A stretch of DNA of 63,636 bases, counting the filler, from Sluysia triapertura (Eukaryota): assembly GCA_046118255.1 (NCBI GenBank). It is 5 parts of 5 records of this genome, joined end to end, with 100 filler letters (N's around TTAATTAATTAA, not from the genome) between each part and the next. Parts side by side here need not be neighbours in the genome. Positions count along the whole stretch, not along the records: positions 1 to 16,734 come from JBJNIA010198375.1; 4 more parts are not named here. The stretch is one strand, 5' to 3'. The notes under the pieces were generated by a model, which ran no database searches, was not told the origin of the DNA, and was given only the letters and a program-made list of their open reading frames with translations. Shown here in pieces: positions 1-14,270 of the stretch (the first letter of the stretch is position 1; each line of letters starts with the position of its first letter). A program made the position numbers and the translations under genes.

Positions 1-1050
1 TTTTATAATAGATTCTGCATCGTTGGTTTCTGACTTGAAATCCTTCATTTTCATTTTCATATGAATAAAAATTTACATACCCGAGAAATTAAGAAGGAAT
101 GTAATTTTATAACTTTTTTTAATTGCGAATATATTCTTGTAATATATTCTTTGTAATATAATGTTTATTTTATAATTTGAATTTATAAAATTAGTTATAT
201 TTACAAAAATGTAATTAAATTTCCCTGAAAATTATTCATAACTATATTCCTATTATTCATAAAATGGGCCATAGAATTACAAAATATATGTACATTAAGG
301 ACATATATAATATAAATTTGCTTTTAATTGAGTTAACTAGAGTGAGAAAATAACTGCAAAATTCATAGAAATGAATGGAAAAATTATTTGTCATAGTACA
401 TTTTAAGTGAAAAATACTATTTAAAATAAACGTTATAATTTTCATCATTTTTTCGTTTCGATCTATAATAAATTAATTTTCAAAATTAATAATATCTATT
501 TATAGTTTCACGAAGTTCGAAACTGATTTAATAACTAACTACAAGGAATATTAACAATAAAATATCTAAATAAATATTTCGAATAAAATAAAGTGAACAC
601 ATTAAACTCAAAATTACCTAAAAATTATTTGTGGTCTTAAAGCATGTTAATTATTTTAACCGAGTTTATCTTTATTGGGCATAGTAAACTGAGACTAAAT
701 AAATTTCGAATTAAACAAAATTTGTATTTCTATCTTTCACTTCCTCAATTTAAGAGTTTGATTTTAACATAATTTGAATTAATTTTAAACTTTTCTAAAG
801 TAAAATTATTGAATATTTGTGAAGTTGAATATTTATATACTAAACTAATAAAATTTTAGTAGAAATTTCGGAACATAGATATTTACTAATCAAATCTGAT
901 AGCGCCTATTACTGACACTAAACAAAAATAGAATTATTTTGTAACTTTGTTAAGTTTAGTAATTTTCAGTAAATCAGGATCCTTTGTTCAAGTCATTCAT
1001 TCAAATTCTAATTTCAGCAATAAAAACTATAATAAGATGTTTTATTTTAG

Positions 1051-1464
<414 letters not shown>

Positions 1465-1469
1465 TTATT

Positions 1470-2010
1470 TGAGTGGATGTCAATTGATAAATATTTGTGG
1501 TTGAACAGTATTCATTTTCTCCATTTCTTAGTTTTTTTTGCATCAACAACTTTCCTTATTATTAATTCAATATTTGTCTTAGTAGCATTTTTGATCGTAA
1601 AACTTAGATTGAAATTAATCGAGCTAGCATCATTTTGGGCAATTGATGCAATGACAATATTTAAAACGTTTACTTCTGCTTCAACCTACATAACAACTCG
1701 ACAATCGACATCCAACGAGTTGCATTCACACATAACCAAGAATTACAATGTTATAGTAATCCACTTGATTGTCACCATAAAAGTATTATTTCAATCGATT
1801 ATTTTAGGAGTAGCACTGTTCTATTCTATTAATAAATTATTGACAGCACAAAAAAACTTTTTCGAATTATTACGAATTGCTTGGTCAATTTTACAATACA
1901 GCTTCTTGGTGTAATATCTAAATGTCATCTGGTGAAGATATTTTTTACAATGAAGCTAGTTTTATTATTTAATTCTTTTATGCTAGTTCTTCACTTATGG
2001 TTAAAAGGAT
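1470..2010 (-). pseudogene. Degenerate C-terminal fragment of the unidentified repeated family (copy G)
   Basis: Minus-strand FRYYTKKLYCKIDQAIRNNSKKFFCAVNNLLIE*N..NNTF and VEAEVNV align by eye with HRYYMSDAMYLNISNQIKERFYRSTLKLIEEN..NTF and VEVDVRV of ORF 33852..35558. Confidence 0.5.
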
Positions 2011-2176
2011 AAATTCATATTAATAAACAAATATCCAATGAAATGTGAATTTGGTATTGAGGTAACCAATTAACATTTGATTAGATTACAAGACAAAATT
2101 ACAAGGACAGCCGTCTTGGCTTTTTGGTTAATTATTTAGGTAGTCATATTGGCTTTTTAATTTAGAAACTGATATA

Positions 2177-3660
2177 AAGTAAACTCCCGATTATTCGGGC
2201 TAATGATAAAAAACAATGAAAATACATTCAATGCTTTATTAAAATCGGTAATTTCTCAATGACTTTAACATCATCTCGAATTTTTCTTAAAGTTATTACA
2301 TCGTTATAGTCGAAGCTCCATTTATTCTAGTAAAGTATCGACAGAAGTCAGTGCCGTGTCGTGACTAATGCGGCTGGTAATACCTTCTACCTCACTTTCT
2401 GTCTCACTTTCATTTGGATTTGAAATTAGATTTGAAATCATATCCGTGTCACTCTGGTATCCGTAATCCTAGATAAGATGAATCAAATTTCATCAATTTC
2501 TCAATATTTTAGTCATCAACATTTTCAAAGCCATTTAAATTTCTCATTAGTTCACATAATTCTGAAATCGTACGTGTCTCAGGTAGGATAAAGTCCGAAA
2601 CATTACTCAATACATTTGACAAAAATTTCAACTAGTGTTATTGGCTTAATTTTGCTCCAAGATTTAACAGCTCCATATATTGCATTCAACATTGTCATTT
2701 TTTCAATAAATTCATTATCGCTGCAAAAGCTTTTAAGGAGATAATTGCGATAATGGCGTTTCAACCTTGATCCATAGGTTGAATTAAAGATGTTACATTA
2801 GGTAGTAAAAATTTCGCAGCTATAAGGCCGTCGTCCGTTTTCAGTGTGCTTTCGTTTGGATGACAAGGAGTAGTATTTAATAGCAGTACTGCCTTTTGTT
2901 GCAATCCTTTACTTTTTAAAAAAACTCGAATTTCTGAGACCAATTTATTTTTAAACCAGTGTTCATCCATGCTCCTTTTGATTGTAGTAGCCAACAGGAT
3001 GATTCTTTATTTCTGTTCCTTTAAATGATCTTGGCTTTTTTTCATTTTATGAGTTCTGGATGCATTGCTACAGCACATGATTGTGATACGTTCTTTAGAT
3101 GATTTAAGGCCTGGAGTCGATGATTCATTAGACGAAACAAGAGTCTTTGTAGGCAAACTCTTCCAATATAAGCCTGACTCATGGGCATTATATATTTGGT
3201 CGGATTTCAAATCATTTACTTGAACATATTCCACAAATTCAATCCGGAATTTAGTAGCAACGTCAACATCTCCGCTAAGGCGTTCTCCTTGGATTGGAAA
3301 CTCACGGATACCATGACGTTTCTTAAATCTGGTTAGCCATCCAGAAGATGCGTTAAAGTCTTTTTTTCCCTTTTCACTCATTTCAATTAACTTAACTTTT
3401 TGTTTCACAGTCAGTACGACTCTTTTGACAGTACAATTATTTGACATTGCGATAGGGTATTTTTCTAAAATAATCTAAAAATTAAAAAAATTCAAATTTT
3501 AATTATCATCAGGTATTTTAAACCTAAAAAATAAATACGTACCGGTAAATCAATAGCAAATCAATAAAATTAAAATTGTACTTCCTAAAATAAATAGATG
3601 CGTACTTATTTAAACAATTGTGCATTTTCTAATTATCTACGGATAATCGGAAGTTTTCTT
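2177..3660 (-). mobile_element. Tigger/pogo-family (jerky/CENP-B-like DDE_1) DNA transposon, defective
   Basis: TIRs aagtaaactcccgattattcg (2177-2197) and cggataatcggaagttttctt (3640-3660) match at 18/21. Transposase motifs KRVVLTVKQK, ASSGWLTRFKKRHG, IYNAHESGLYWK, SKERITIMCCSNA and LPNVTSLIQPMDQG lie in ORFs 3007..3447 and 2761..2994. Catalytic Asp positions are altered. Confidence 0.92.
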
Positions 3661-6099
3661 ACTTAAATATAGACTTACGAATAAAATAACTAAAGTGAGT
3701 ACACCAACGTACTAGACTTACCAGTTAGGGCTAGCCGTTGGGTTTTACTAAAAATTTGCAATGGAGGTTATCCTACGCTCTGACTAAAAAATGAACCTTA
3801 AATTATCAACTGTTAAATGTTAATTTACAATAGATCCTATTAAATGGATTCAAAAAATGGTGTGATTTACGTTGGATTCCTAAAATGAATCCTTTATTCA
3901 AAAGTATCAATTAATTTATCAAATACTTTTACGTTAGATCTTTTAAAAAGACTGAAAAAATCGTTACCATGACGGATAATGTTAATATCAGACAAAATTA
4001 ATTTATGATGTAATAATATCAGATTACGTAAATTAACTTTAATTTGGTTAATTTATTTATTCAAACGTTAATTATTTTATACGGGAACTATGAAAAAGTT
4101 TCAGAAGTTATAAAATCAAATTTTAGTAAGTATTACGTTGTACCTGATGGTACTAAACTTAAAAAATAAACTAATGACTATTGATTAATGTTATTTTCCT
4201 CGAAAGAAAAGGTTTGGAATCTTTTAGACCAGGTCATTCCTTCAAAATACTTTTAAAAATTTTATTGTTGCGAAAATTAAAAGATTGTGAAAATTTTGCA
4301 ATTGTAATATTGTGAAAAAATTACAACCATAAATATTTTTTGAATTGACCTTGTACTAATTGATTTAAACTTTAATAATTTAATTAATTTTAATTTAAAT
4401 AAATTTACTTTTAAAATTAATTTAATTATTCAATAATTTAAAATTAATAATATCTTACATTTCCAAAATATTTGTAAATTAAAATCCGAATATAAATCAA
4501 TAATTATATAAATAGATCAGATTAAATGTGAATCGAAAATCAAATGTATATTAAATCAAATGTTCATATTGTGTTTATTGACATTAAAATAAAAAATAAA
4601 TTTTATAATACAAATTATATTAATTATATTCACTTGCAATTTATTTAATAAATAATCGTTATAAATATTTTTTTTGTTATTTGTGTATTAAACAAGGATT
4701 GAAAATAGAGATGCAGGGTAAAGCTAGCTAAATATTAGATTGAGTAACTTCAAATAAAACTTAATCGAATTTAGGATTAACTTTAATTAAGGTTTGTATA
4801 AAGTAATTAAACAAATTTAGTAATATAAAATAAAATTTACAAGTTGTAGTGAAATTTAAAATAAATAAACCATAAAGAATTTAAAATCTTGTTAAGCACT
4901 TCCATTTCAGACCATCGAAACGAGTATACAAATTCACACTTCTAGGTAAGGTGAATATAATATAAAGTGCAAATAATACTTGTAGAATAAAACAATAGAA
5001 AGAGTTTATAGTGGCAAAAGTTTGTACCTTAAGTTGAATCCAAGTAGTAATATAAAGTGAGACTATTATTAGAAAAGTTAAGTTGTTATTAAAGAATAAG
5101 AATTTATAAATAAATTTAGATTATTAGCAGAAGCTACGGGTACATTACAAGCATACACAACATTATTAACAGCATTCAAACATATTAAAAATTTGTAACG
5201 AATCATTAAACACCATTTAACTTTTTTACATTTTACTTTTGTGAAAGCTGAAACTTCTAAGTTTGAATTCCAAATAGTTTCAAATAGTAAAAGTTACAAA
5301 ATCGATTAGATTTAGCGATGCGCGAAATTGGTTAGGCATATCCTCCAAAAGTTCTTTTTGATGATTTTAAGAAATGAAAAATTTTATTTTCAGGATATCA
5401 TATTTATGAAATAGTCAATATATACTTCAATAATATCGTTAAAATGCTGATACTTTATTCATTTATACATCAACACTTATAATTAGGTCGTATTTACTTG
5501 CTTACGAAACATTGTTCACAAATTTTAGTCAAACATTGTCTTAATTATACTTTATAATAATTTCTTCATAATCAATTCGTCTTTTTAATTAATTTAACCA
5601 TATAACCAATTTTACTCTACACATTTTAATCTTATTCCATATATTTTTTCTCCACTATGGCCAATTTCCATCCATTTTATTTATTTTTTCTATTATAGTT
5701 ATACATGCAATACTTACATCTGCCGTAGTATTGTTTCATGCTTTTGCAATTCTATGGTGTTTTTGCTTATTCTGCACTTCCTTTTTTGGCTAAGTAAGTG
5801 CGGTAAGTTCCATTCTTCCTTCTTATTTTTAAAATTATATTTAAAAATTATTTATGTACTACGCCAATGCACTACGCAATTAAATTTAAGTTCATGAGTT
5901 AATAATAATTTTTTAACTTTAAAATTTAATTATATGCATATCATCTAAAAGCAAATAACTGCGTGGTATTTTTGTTGCATCACGAAAAGCATTTATTAAA
6001 AATAATATGCTAAATAATCTATTACAGTTTGATCTATAGGCTTTTTAAATATTATTAAATAATGTATATTTAAATTAGATTAACACATTGATGAAATAG

Positions 6100-8690
6100 A
6101 TTTTGAGTTATAAAAATTAGAGTCATTTCTTTGTACAGTTATTTTAGTGAATAAATTATTAAAGTGATCCTGTTTGAATTCCAGTCTCAAAAACTGATCC
6201 AATAATTTCTGAAGCACTTCAAGTGATATCCAAATGTTAACTTAACTTTATCAGTCTTGTATGATTTCAAGAGGTCGAGCATCATTATTAATAAAAGTGT
6301 TAGACATTATTTTCATTAATATTACAAATTTTATCAATTCGAAAATTATTTTTTATTTAAATTATTGTTAAAAGTACTTTTTTGTAACTCTTTTTATGTG
6401 AATTTCTTTTTTGAAATAAATTTGCTTGTTAATTTATTTTATTTTCTTGCGTCTTACCTCGTTTTAGAAAAGTTTTCTTTCCGAAAATTATTATATCAAA
6501 AATAATAATTGATATATGATATAATTATAAAAATTGTACGTACATGATTTGGCACAAAGAATATATATGAGCTATGTTTAATGTCGCTTTATAATCTTCA
6601 GTCAAAAAAATAAAATAATTTGAATATAATTATATTGTTACACAACATTTTGGGCATATGTGACAGTTAATTAGTTAAATACGAATAATAATATATTATT
6701 AAATCATATATTATTCATATATCATAAGTAAATTGGCATACCATTATTGAACATATAATATGTAGTTTTAATTATAAATTTTAATTTTTTAATAGACCAA
6801 CAGTGATAATAAAACAAAATAATTATACAAATATAAATAATACATATTTGTCAAATATTTTACTGCCATTTTACCACCAGTTTCAATAACTTAATTTGAT
6901 AAGTTGCTTATAAATACTCAATAACTCTATACGAGCAAGACCGCTTTAATTGGCATCATCTATTCATAAGTAATAACACTTTATCTTTAATAAATTCAAT
7001 TTTAATAAATCTTGATTATTTTCTTTTTTGGATGATATTGATAAATGAATAAACATAAATTTATTATTAAAAGTTCTAACGATTATATAAAAAAGTGTCA
7101 ACTTTATAAAATTATAGATTGGACTGTATAGACTTTCCTGCTTGTGGTTCTCTTAATAATAAAAAATAAGAATCACATGTTTGGTTATCTAAAAAAATAT
7201 AAATTACTTTCAATCCTAAATTATCAGCATCAATGTAGAATTCAGTATTGTCCAGGTATTGAACTTGATGTTTGCTAGCTTGAAGATTATGATTAGTTCC
7301 GTTAATTTGTAGAGACGCTGCTAATTGTTTATACGTTCCATATGTCCATTGAGAATGTCATTTTTGATGCCAATGTAGTATATTTCTGAAATAGCGACAA
7401 GGAAAATCAAATTTACGACATATCCCAAATTCATCTACTTGAAATGGGCACTGCGCAGTATGTTTGTGTATAAATTTAACATCATCGTTTCCGTGATTGA
7501 TCAACTCAGCAGTTGTATCTTGTTTGTATTTGTCTTCATTTTCATTCATCATATCATCTTGTGATTGCACGTATTGTGAAAATAAACTTTCTTTATGAGT
7601 TACGGATGATAAGCTGAAGTGAATTTCTTGACGAATACGTTCAATGGTAAATTCAATTACAATATTTTTATTAGGTTCTTAAAACGGATGATACATCGTA
7701 TGGTCATTGATGAGTTCCATATTTGACATAATTTGCTCATACTTTACATCATTGATAAAATCGGCATCTATTTTAGAATCTCTTTGATTCCGAGGTAGTA
7801 AAACATCCTCAGAAGCAGCAATATTCAAACGAATAGTCTTATTTTTGAATATTACGTCATTATTTAAACCGTAAAACTCAATTTGAGTAGATCCATTCCT
7901 TTTTTTCATTTACTCTTACTTCTTTTATTTCTCAGTTTTTAAAATATTGTTTAAGATCATCTATGGCTTTATATCTGTTGAGATTATAATATCTTCATGA
8001 TTATTTTTCTTTTCAGTTACATTTAAAGGCTTAACAGCAATTTTAATATTACTTGTAACGCGATCAATATTAAAATTATGATAAAAATTATACGTATGAG
8101 AAAATTTTTGTGCTAAATGTTAATTTCATTTTAAATTAAATGTCAATGATTGGATGTCCAATCAAATATAATAGACAACACAGTATCAATGTCTACTTCA
8201 CTTGTGACCAATTTTGTGCCTACTATTGGTGTAACAATTTAAACCCATCAACCACTGGCTGACCAGTACGTATGCACAATAAAATGTATTAACACACTAA
8301 GTAACTGTGACAGTCGACAGTTAATAAGATAACCTGAATTGATTTTAATTAAACTGTCGACTGATGACAGGCTATATAATGAAAAATGGTAATCAAAATT
8401 AATGCTAATAAAAGTAGTCATAATAATGATAATAAAAATGGATATAATAATGATAATAAATAATATTAATAATAATAAAATAGTAATAATGATATATAAA
8501 ATAATAATAATAATAATATAAAATAAAAATAATAAGTAATGAATGGATAAAAACGACAACAAAAAACAAACTTATTTTAACTTAAATTCTTTATTTGTAG
8601 ATTTCTTTAAAATAAAATAAGAATGAAAATAATGATAAATAATACAAGGCATTTTAAATTCTTTGACACATAAATCTTTAATTTCTTTTC
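6100..8690 (-). pseudogene. Unidentified repeated-family copy A with degenerate CCCH zinc finger
   Basis: Colinear motifs KEIKDLCV (~8665), hydrophobic stretch, FDYHFS, HTYNFYHNFNIDRV (~8080), VIEFTIERIRQEI (~7640) and KHTAQCPF..C..C (7385-7465). One frame runs from ~8115 to ~7115 with several stops and includes ORFs 7679..7909 and 7358..7570. The 3' boundary is uncertain. Confidence 0.6.
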
Positions 8691-10079
8691 TTTAAATAAT
8701 TTCTTAATCTTCTACTTAAATATGACAGGAAATATAAAAGAAATTTATGCAGTAGAAATTATAAGAAATAACACGTAGTTTAAAATGATAAAAGAAATTC
8801 CGTTAATTGTAATGTTTAAAAATGATTTCGAAGTGTGAGTTTAATGTTTTTCAAAGACGTCAATGGTTGAGTTTTTAAGAATTGTAAACCTGAAGTGTTT
8901 TAAATAAATTTTGAAATGTACGTTTATTTTAATGCTATGAAATTGTAAATCTAAAATGTATTAAAATGCAAAATAACTTTAATGAATCTGAAAAAGTAAA
9001 ATATGAGATGTTATAAAATGTGATTTTTAGTCTGTGTATGATGAATTAAAATTTTAAGATATAAGGTTGGCCACCACATTAGCCTAATAGATACGTCTTA
9101 TAACTGGCTGAAGGCGGTCTACTAGGATTTACTCAAAACGCGTTAGTGGGCAAAGCCTACTTACAAAGGTTATTTATCAGTCACTAATACTCAGTTAATC
9201 TCTTAATAATAAAAGTTCAAATTTCGTTATTTTGTAGGTTGAACTAGCCAATTACGGTCTAGTTTTTTTGTGAAAGAATTTGAATTAGTCGACTATGGTC
9301 TAGCGTCCAAAAATCGAAATATTTTAGTTATTTTAAACGTTGAGCTAGCCTTTTAGGCCTAGAGTAAATCTATGGGGATTTTACTAAAGACAAAAATCAA
9401 TCATGTAGTTTAATACTTCTATTTAAAAAATAAAAACTAAAACTTTTACACTTTTACAAGAATAAAGAGAAACGTATATAATAACGATAATAATTTAATA
9501 TTTAAGTAGAACAACTCCACTTAATATTTAGATATGATTTTAAAGTTAAACTCTACCTTTAAGGCATAGTTTATAATTGCATTATTTATCTATGATATTA
9601 ATCCTTCTAAAAAGTAAGGCCCTTAAAAAATAAAATTACTTCGCAAGAATGGATTTTCTTTTATGGATCTCTTGTTAATTGTAATTATTTCTTATCAAAT
9701 CTTGTGTGCATTCCATTAATTTTTGATAATATTTATATTAAAAAATTCAACATGGTGATTGAAATTATTTTAAACAAATTTTCTTTTAAATGGTTATTAA
9801 AACAAATTTGTAAAATTTAATATTAAAATTTTTTGATTTAATATTTACTATAATAATGACAATATTTAATTGAAATAAATAAAATAAAATAATTAGAATA
9901 ATAAAATAAAATCAAAATAATATAGACAAATATATACATCATTTCGTCATCAGTTACTTAACCTTCAAACCAGCGAGTTCAAACCCAACATAAATAATGT
10001 CTAAATAATTTGCAAGGATATATAATTACAAAGTATTCTCTTTCAATTGTACAATAATTTATTTCAACTTTATTTACAA

Positions 10080-10770
10080 TCTGACTTCTCCAAGTTTCTC
10101 CAAGTGCACAATTGCTTGCATCTGTTATTAAAATAAAATATGAAAAAATCAATAGTTTTTCTTTTAAATAAACGAATGTTGTTCATAGTTCCTTATATAA
10201 TTTAAATTTAACTTTTTATAGTTAATTTTCTAAGTGGCTGTGCAATTTTTGCAAAATCTTTCACAAATCTTCTATAATAGTATGTACCTGATTTACATTT
10301 TTAGGCTGCGGAAATTTAACTATTTTTTCAATATTTTGAAGATTGGGTTATAACCATCTTTAGATATATCATGTCCGTAAAATTCAACTTGTTCTACTAT
10401 TCATACAAATTTTGTTGGTTTAATTTTAAATTTAGCACTTCTAAATTTTTTAAATTATCAATATATTTTACATGCGTGTTGAAATACTTAGAAATATTAT
10501 TATATCGTCGATATATATCATTAAATTCTTAAAACCACATCAAACGAAATGTTTCATGGGTGTAGGTTAACTCGAATAGGAATTTGTTGCATTCACATGA
10601 TTCATCGCTGCAAGTAAATATTGTTTTATATTTATCCTTTTATGCAATTTCTATCTGCAAGTAACCACTTTGCAACTCAAGAGTGGTAAAGTATGTTGGA
10701 TTTCCTCATTTATCTACCTTTTCATCTATTTTTTGATTACATATTGGGATTCTATATGGTTTCTTTCTGT
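10080..10770 (-). mobile_element. Ty3/gypsy LTR-retrotransposon pol remnant (RT + RNase H start)
   Basis: Manual translation gives GNPTYFTTLELQSGYLQIEIA*KDKYKTIF, IYIDDIIIF (YxDD at 10504-10515), VEFYGHDISKDG, FPQPKNV, YYRRFVKDFAKIAQPL and ITDASNCALG, with many frameshifts. Confidence 0.9.
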
Positions 10771-11699
10771 ATTATACAAATAATATATTATATTATTATA
10801 CAAATATTTCAATTAAGCAGTAATAATAATAACAATAATAATTTAAGAATAAAGTTGGTTAGGCTTTATTCAGAATTACAAGAATATTATAATTATGAGT
10901 TTATGGCCAGCTTACGTCCAGTCTCAAAAATTTAGTGAATTTATGTGATATTTTCTGACTCCTCTGAATGAAGAGTTTCCTTAATAACAATGAACTTACT
11001 GACTAATTTTAAATTATGGATAATTATTTTCTTCAAATGTTCTGCCAATAGTCGTATGGATAATTGATTACTTGATTATCTATTGATTATTGATTATTTT
11101 GAGGGAATTGATTTATTATCTAATTGAATGTTTCTTGATTATCAAATTTTATGACTAATTGTGTCTATTTCTGGTGAGTGAAACGTAATTTGGTAATTAG
11201 AAGCCATATTATTTATTTTTGATTTGGTAAAACAATTTATTTGTTTAATTTTTCTTTTGCAACAAAATATTTTTAATTTGATTAATTTAGACTATTAACA
11301 TTTAATTTTGTGGCTGTATAAATTTTTAATGATAATTTTATAGTTTTTTAATATATTTTTATAAATTATATAGTAAATAAAATAAATAAAATATAAAAAA
11401 TACATTTAGTCTTTTTCGACTAGCACAGTATTCTTAATTCCCAAAATGACTATATATGTTTTCTTCTTAATTATATCTCACTATCCTCAATTTTTCAATT
11501 CTGCTTATTCACTACTTATTTATTGTTCTACAGTTGGGAAATCACAAAAGAACTAAAAATAATTTTGTAAATCAACCTAATCGATACTAGAAACCTAATC
11601 TTTAACGAGTTAGAAATCTGACAACCAAGACATATTTTAGCCGTTATTGCAGATATAAATCCCTGAAAATCACGGTTTAATTTTCATAAGTTATTTAAT

Positions 11700-12967
11700 T
11701 ATACTGCATTTAAATGTGTGGATGAGCACTTATTTGTGAAAGACTTGGATCACATAAACTTTTCGAAACCAATTATGATTACAAATGATTGCAACATAAT
11801 AAATAATATTAAGAGTTTGGTACATAAAAATATTTGTTTAAAATATATTTGAGTTATGTTGTAGAATGAAAAGAATTTACAGATGCAATCATTCGCCAGG
11901 TTTGGATCAAAAATTAAATTAATTATTAATAAAAAAAGAATTTTATGTTAGAAATTATAAGGCATTACCATAAAACGAGATAGATAGCACGTTTTTGTAG
12001 TTCTGGAACCCTGCGATAAGAAAGCCAAAATAGGATAAATTACTGATATATCATTAATTAATAAAATTTTTCTAAAATTATTCGAATTATTTTGCTCATT
12101 TTGTTTAAATATTTGAAGCATATTTAACATTCTCATATAGGTTTATTAATTAATTCTTTACATAACTATATTTCACTTTTATTTTGCGTTTTTCGCTATT
12201 TCAGTGTTTGGTGGAAAATTCTAGTTTTTAAAATTGTATATTTTTATTCTTATATTCACCAAGTTCAAACAATTAATTTTAGCTAATTACATGGATATTA
12301 GCGTAGCTGAAAAAGATGTGCATGTAATTGGCTTGATGGCCACACACAATCATGAATTTTATTCATAATTTCATATGCATTATACTATTATTATAGAAAA
12401 TAACATAAATACACAAAGAAAATCTGACTTAATGTCTTATTCCTTGGCTTTCTTGTTAGTTCTTTGTTTCGCTCATTCTTTTTCTTTTTCTTTTTCTTGG
12501 TTTACGACTTTGTCTTTAAATCTTCTGCATACTTTACTATAACTACAAAAGAGTTGCGTAGAATTAACATAATTTAAATTCATTAAAGTTTGAAACTTAT
12601 ATCTATTTCAAGTCTTTGCATTCCATTTGCTTCACTTTTATTCTTTTTATTGCTGTGTAATTCTTTCCTTATATTTTTTTTCTGTGATATCTCACGAGAA
12701 TTGATTCTGAAGAATCTGAACTTACAACAATTCTTAAAATTTTTGTAGGAAATATTTCTGTTTCTTTACTATATAGAATATATCTGATTGCCAACAAGCA
12801 TGAAATTTGAAAGGTTTGAGAATCAACTGATAACTGAGAGGCTGATCGTACTTAGTGATTTCTGAAGAAGTGATACTAAGCAAATTCACTGAATAATGTA
12901 GTGGTGATATTTTATCATTGTGTAAATATAGTTTGTTGGTTCCAGGCGATCTTTTGAGTGGGTTCAT
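11700..12967 (-). pseudogene. Unidentified repeated-family copy B (N-terminal part)
   Basis: G-poor leader at ~12970-13230, ORF 12734..12967, K/R-rich stretch followed by DIKSDFLCVFMLF (~12410) and IYYV..NWFRKV (~11770). The order matches copies A, D and F. Confidence 0.4.
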
Positions 12968-13827
12968 TAAATGAATTGTTAATCGGTATCCCAGAAATGT
13001 ATTAAATGATCTGTGTTGTATTCAAACAATTCAAACAACTATGAATTGTTTGTAGAAAAGATTTGTTAATTATAATCATAATGTTAGGTGATTTTAAGCT
13101 TAAATGTTTGATTGAATAACATTGTGATGTACCTTTAATATGTAGAAAAATTATGAAATGTTTAAAGATTGAAGATTTTCTGAATTGTGTTATAAGTTGT
13201 GTGGTGTACTTTCATCACAAAAAGGTCTCATAAATGTTAAATATCAAAATATCTAACTATTTCAATTTGTACTATTTCAGGGTGACACAAAATGCAACAT
13301 ATTAGCAATAAATGATCATTTCAAATAGCTCAAACACTCTCAAAAAAGAGTGTATAAAGTTATCATGAAAATAAATATAATGATAAATTACAATATGGTA
13401 CAACTACTATTATTACTATTATCATTATTATTATCATTATTTTTATTATCATTATTATTATTATTACATCTAAATAATTCAGTAATCAATAAATATAAAC
13501 GTAGATCTTTGAGATTTAACAGCAAATGGAATGTTTATTTGCTTCTAATTGACTTAAGTTAATCCTAGATAATTCAAGATCTTCTTTTGCTTTCAGATAT
13601 CTGAATAAATAATACAATAACAGAAACGGCATGCGAGTGTTAATTATGTATTTGCATTAATATATAAAACCATGGTAACTAACCTGCCTAATTCAACCAT
13701 GGAATCATCCAAATCAACATTATCTTTGACACTAATTTCTTTAAATATCAATTTGTAATTCTGGAATTAAATGTGCAACTTTAAAAATAGCAAAATAATT
13801 GACAATACTCGAAAATGTCTTACACAC

Positions 13828-13894
<67 letters not shown>
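13828..13894. repeat. (ATA)n microsatellite
   Basis: Perfect ATA run seen directly. Confidence 0.97.
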
Positions 13895-13895
<1 letters not shown>

Positions 13896-14270
13896 TAATA
13901 GTAATAATAATAATGTTTATAATAATAATGGTAATAATAATGATAATAATAAATGTCATGAAGAACTAATACTTTAGGAGGTACTGTCACTACATCTATA
14001 ATAAACATAAATAGCGAGTTATATGTGCACATTTTGTGATTTAAATTTAGATTTACAATAGAAACCAGGAACACGAAAATATCGATTATTTTCATCGATC
14101 TTTTCAATATGAATATGATGTAGTAATATTTGTTTACGAAAGGCTACCAATTATAAATGTTGAATGTCATTTTAATGGGCCTTTATAATAGTGTGCTTTC
14201 TACAATTTGATTATTTTGTTATTTCTATATTTCAGAGTGGTAATTTTAATTATTTAATTTTGTATATCTA

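Noticed and set aside
5400-5450. Minus-strand EVYIDYF as an RT YxDD motif
   Set aside because: The second Asp is missing and no flanking RT motifs are present.
7113-8120. Alternative genetic code or readthrough explaining in-frame stops in family copies
   Set aside because: All three stop types and frameshifts occur, which fits ordinary pseudogenisation.
13350-14107. Poly-I/Y/N/L ORFs (also 17095..17277 and 47114..47413)
   Set aside because: Translations of (ATA/TTA)n microsatellites.
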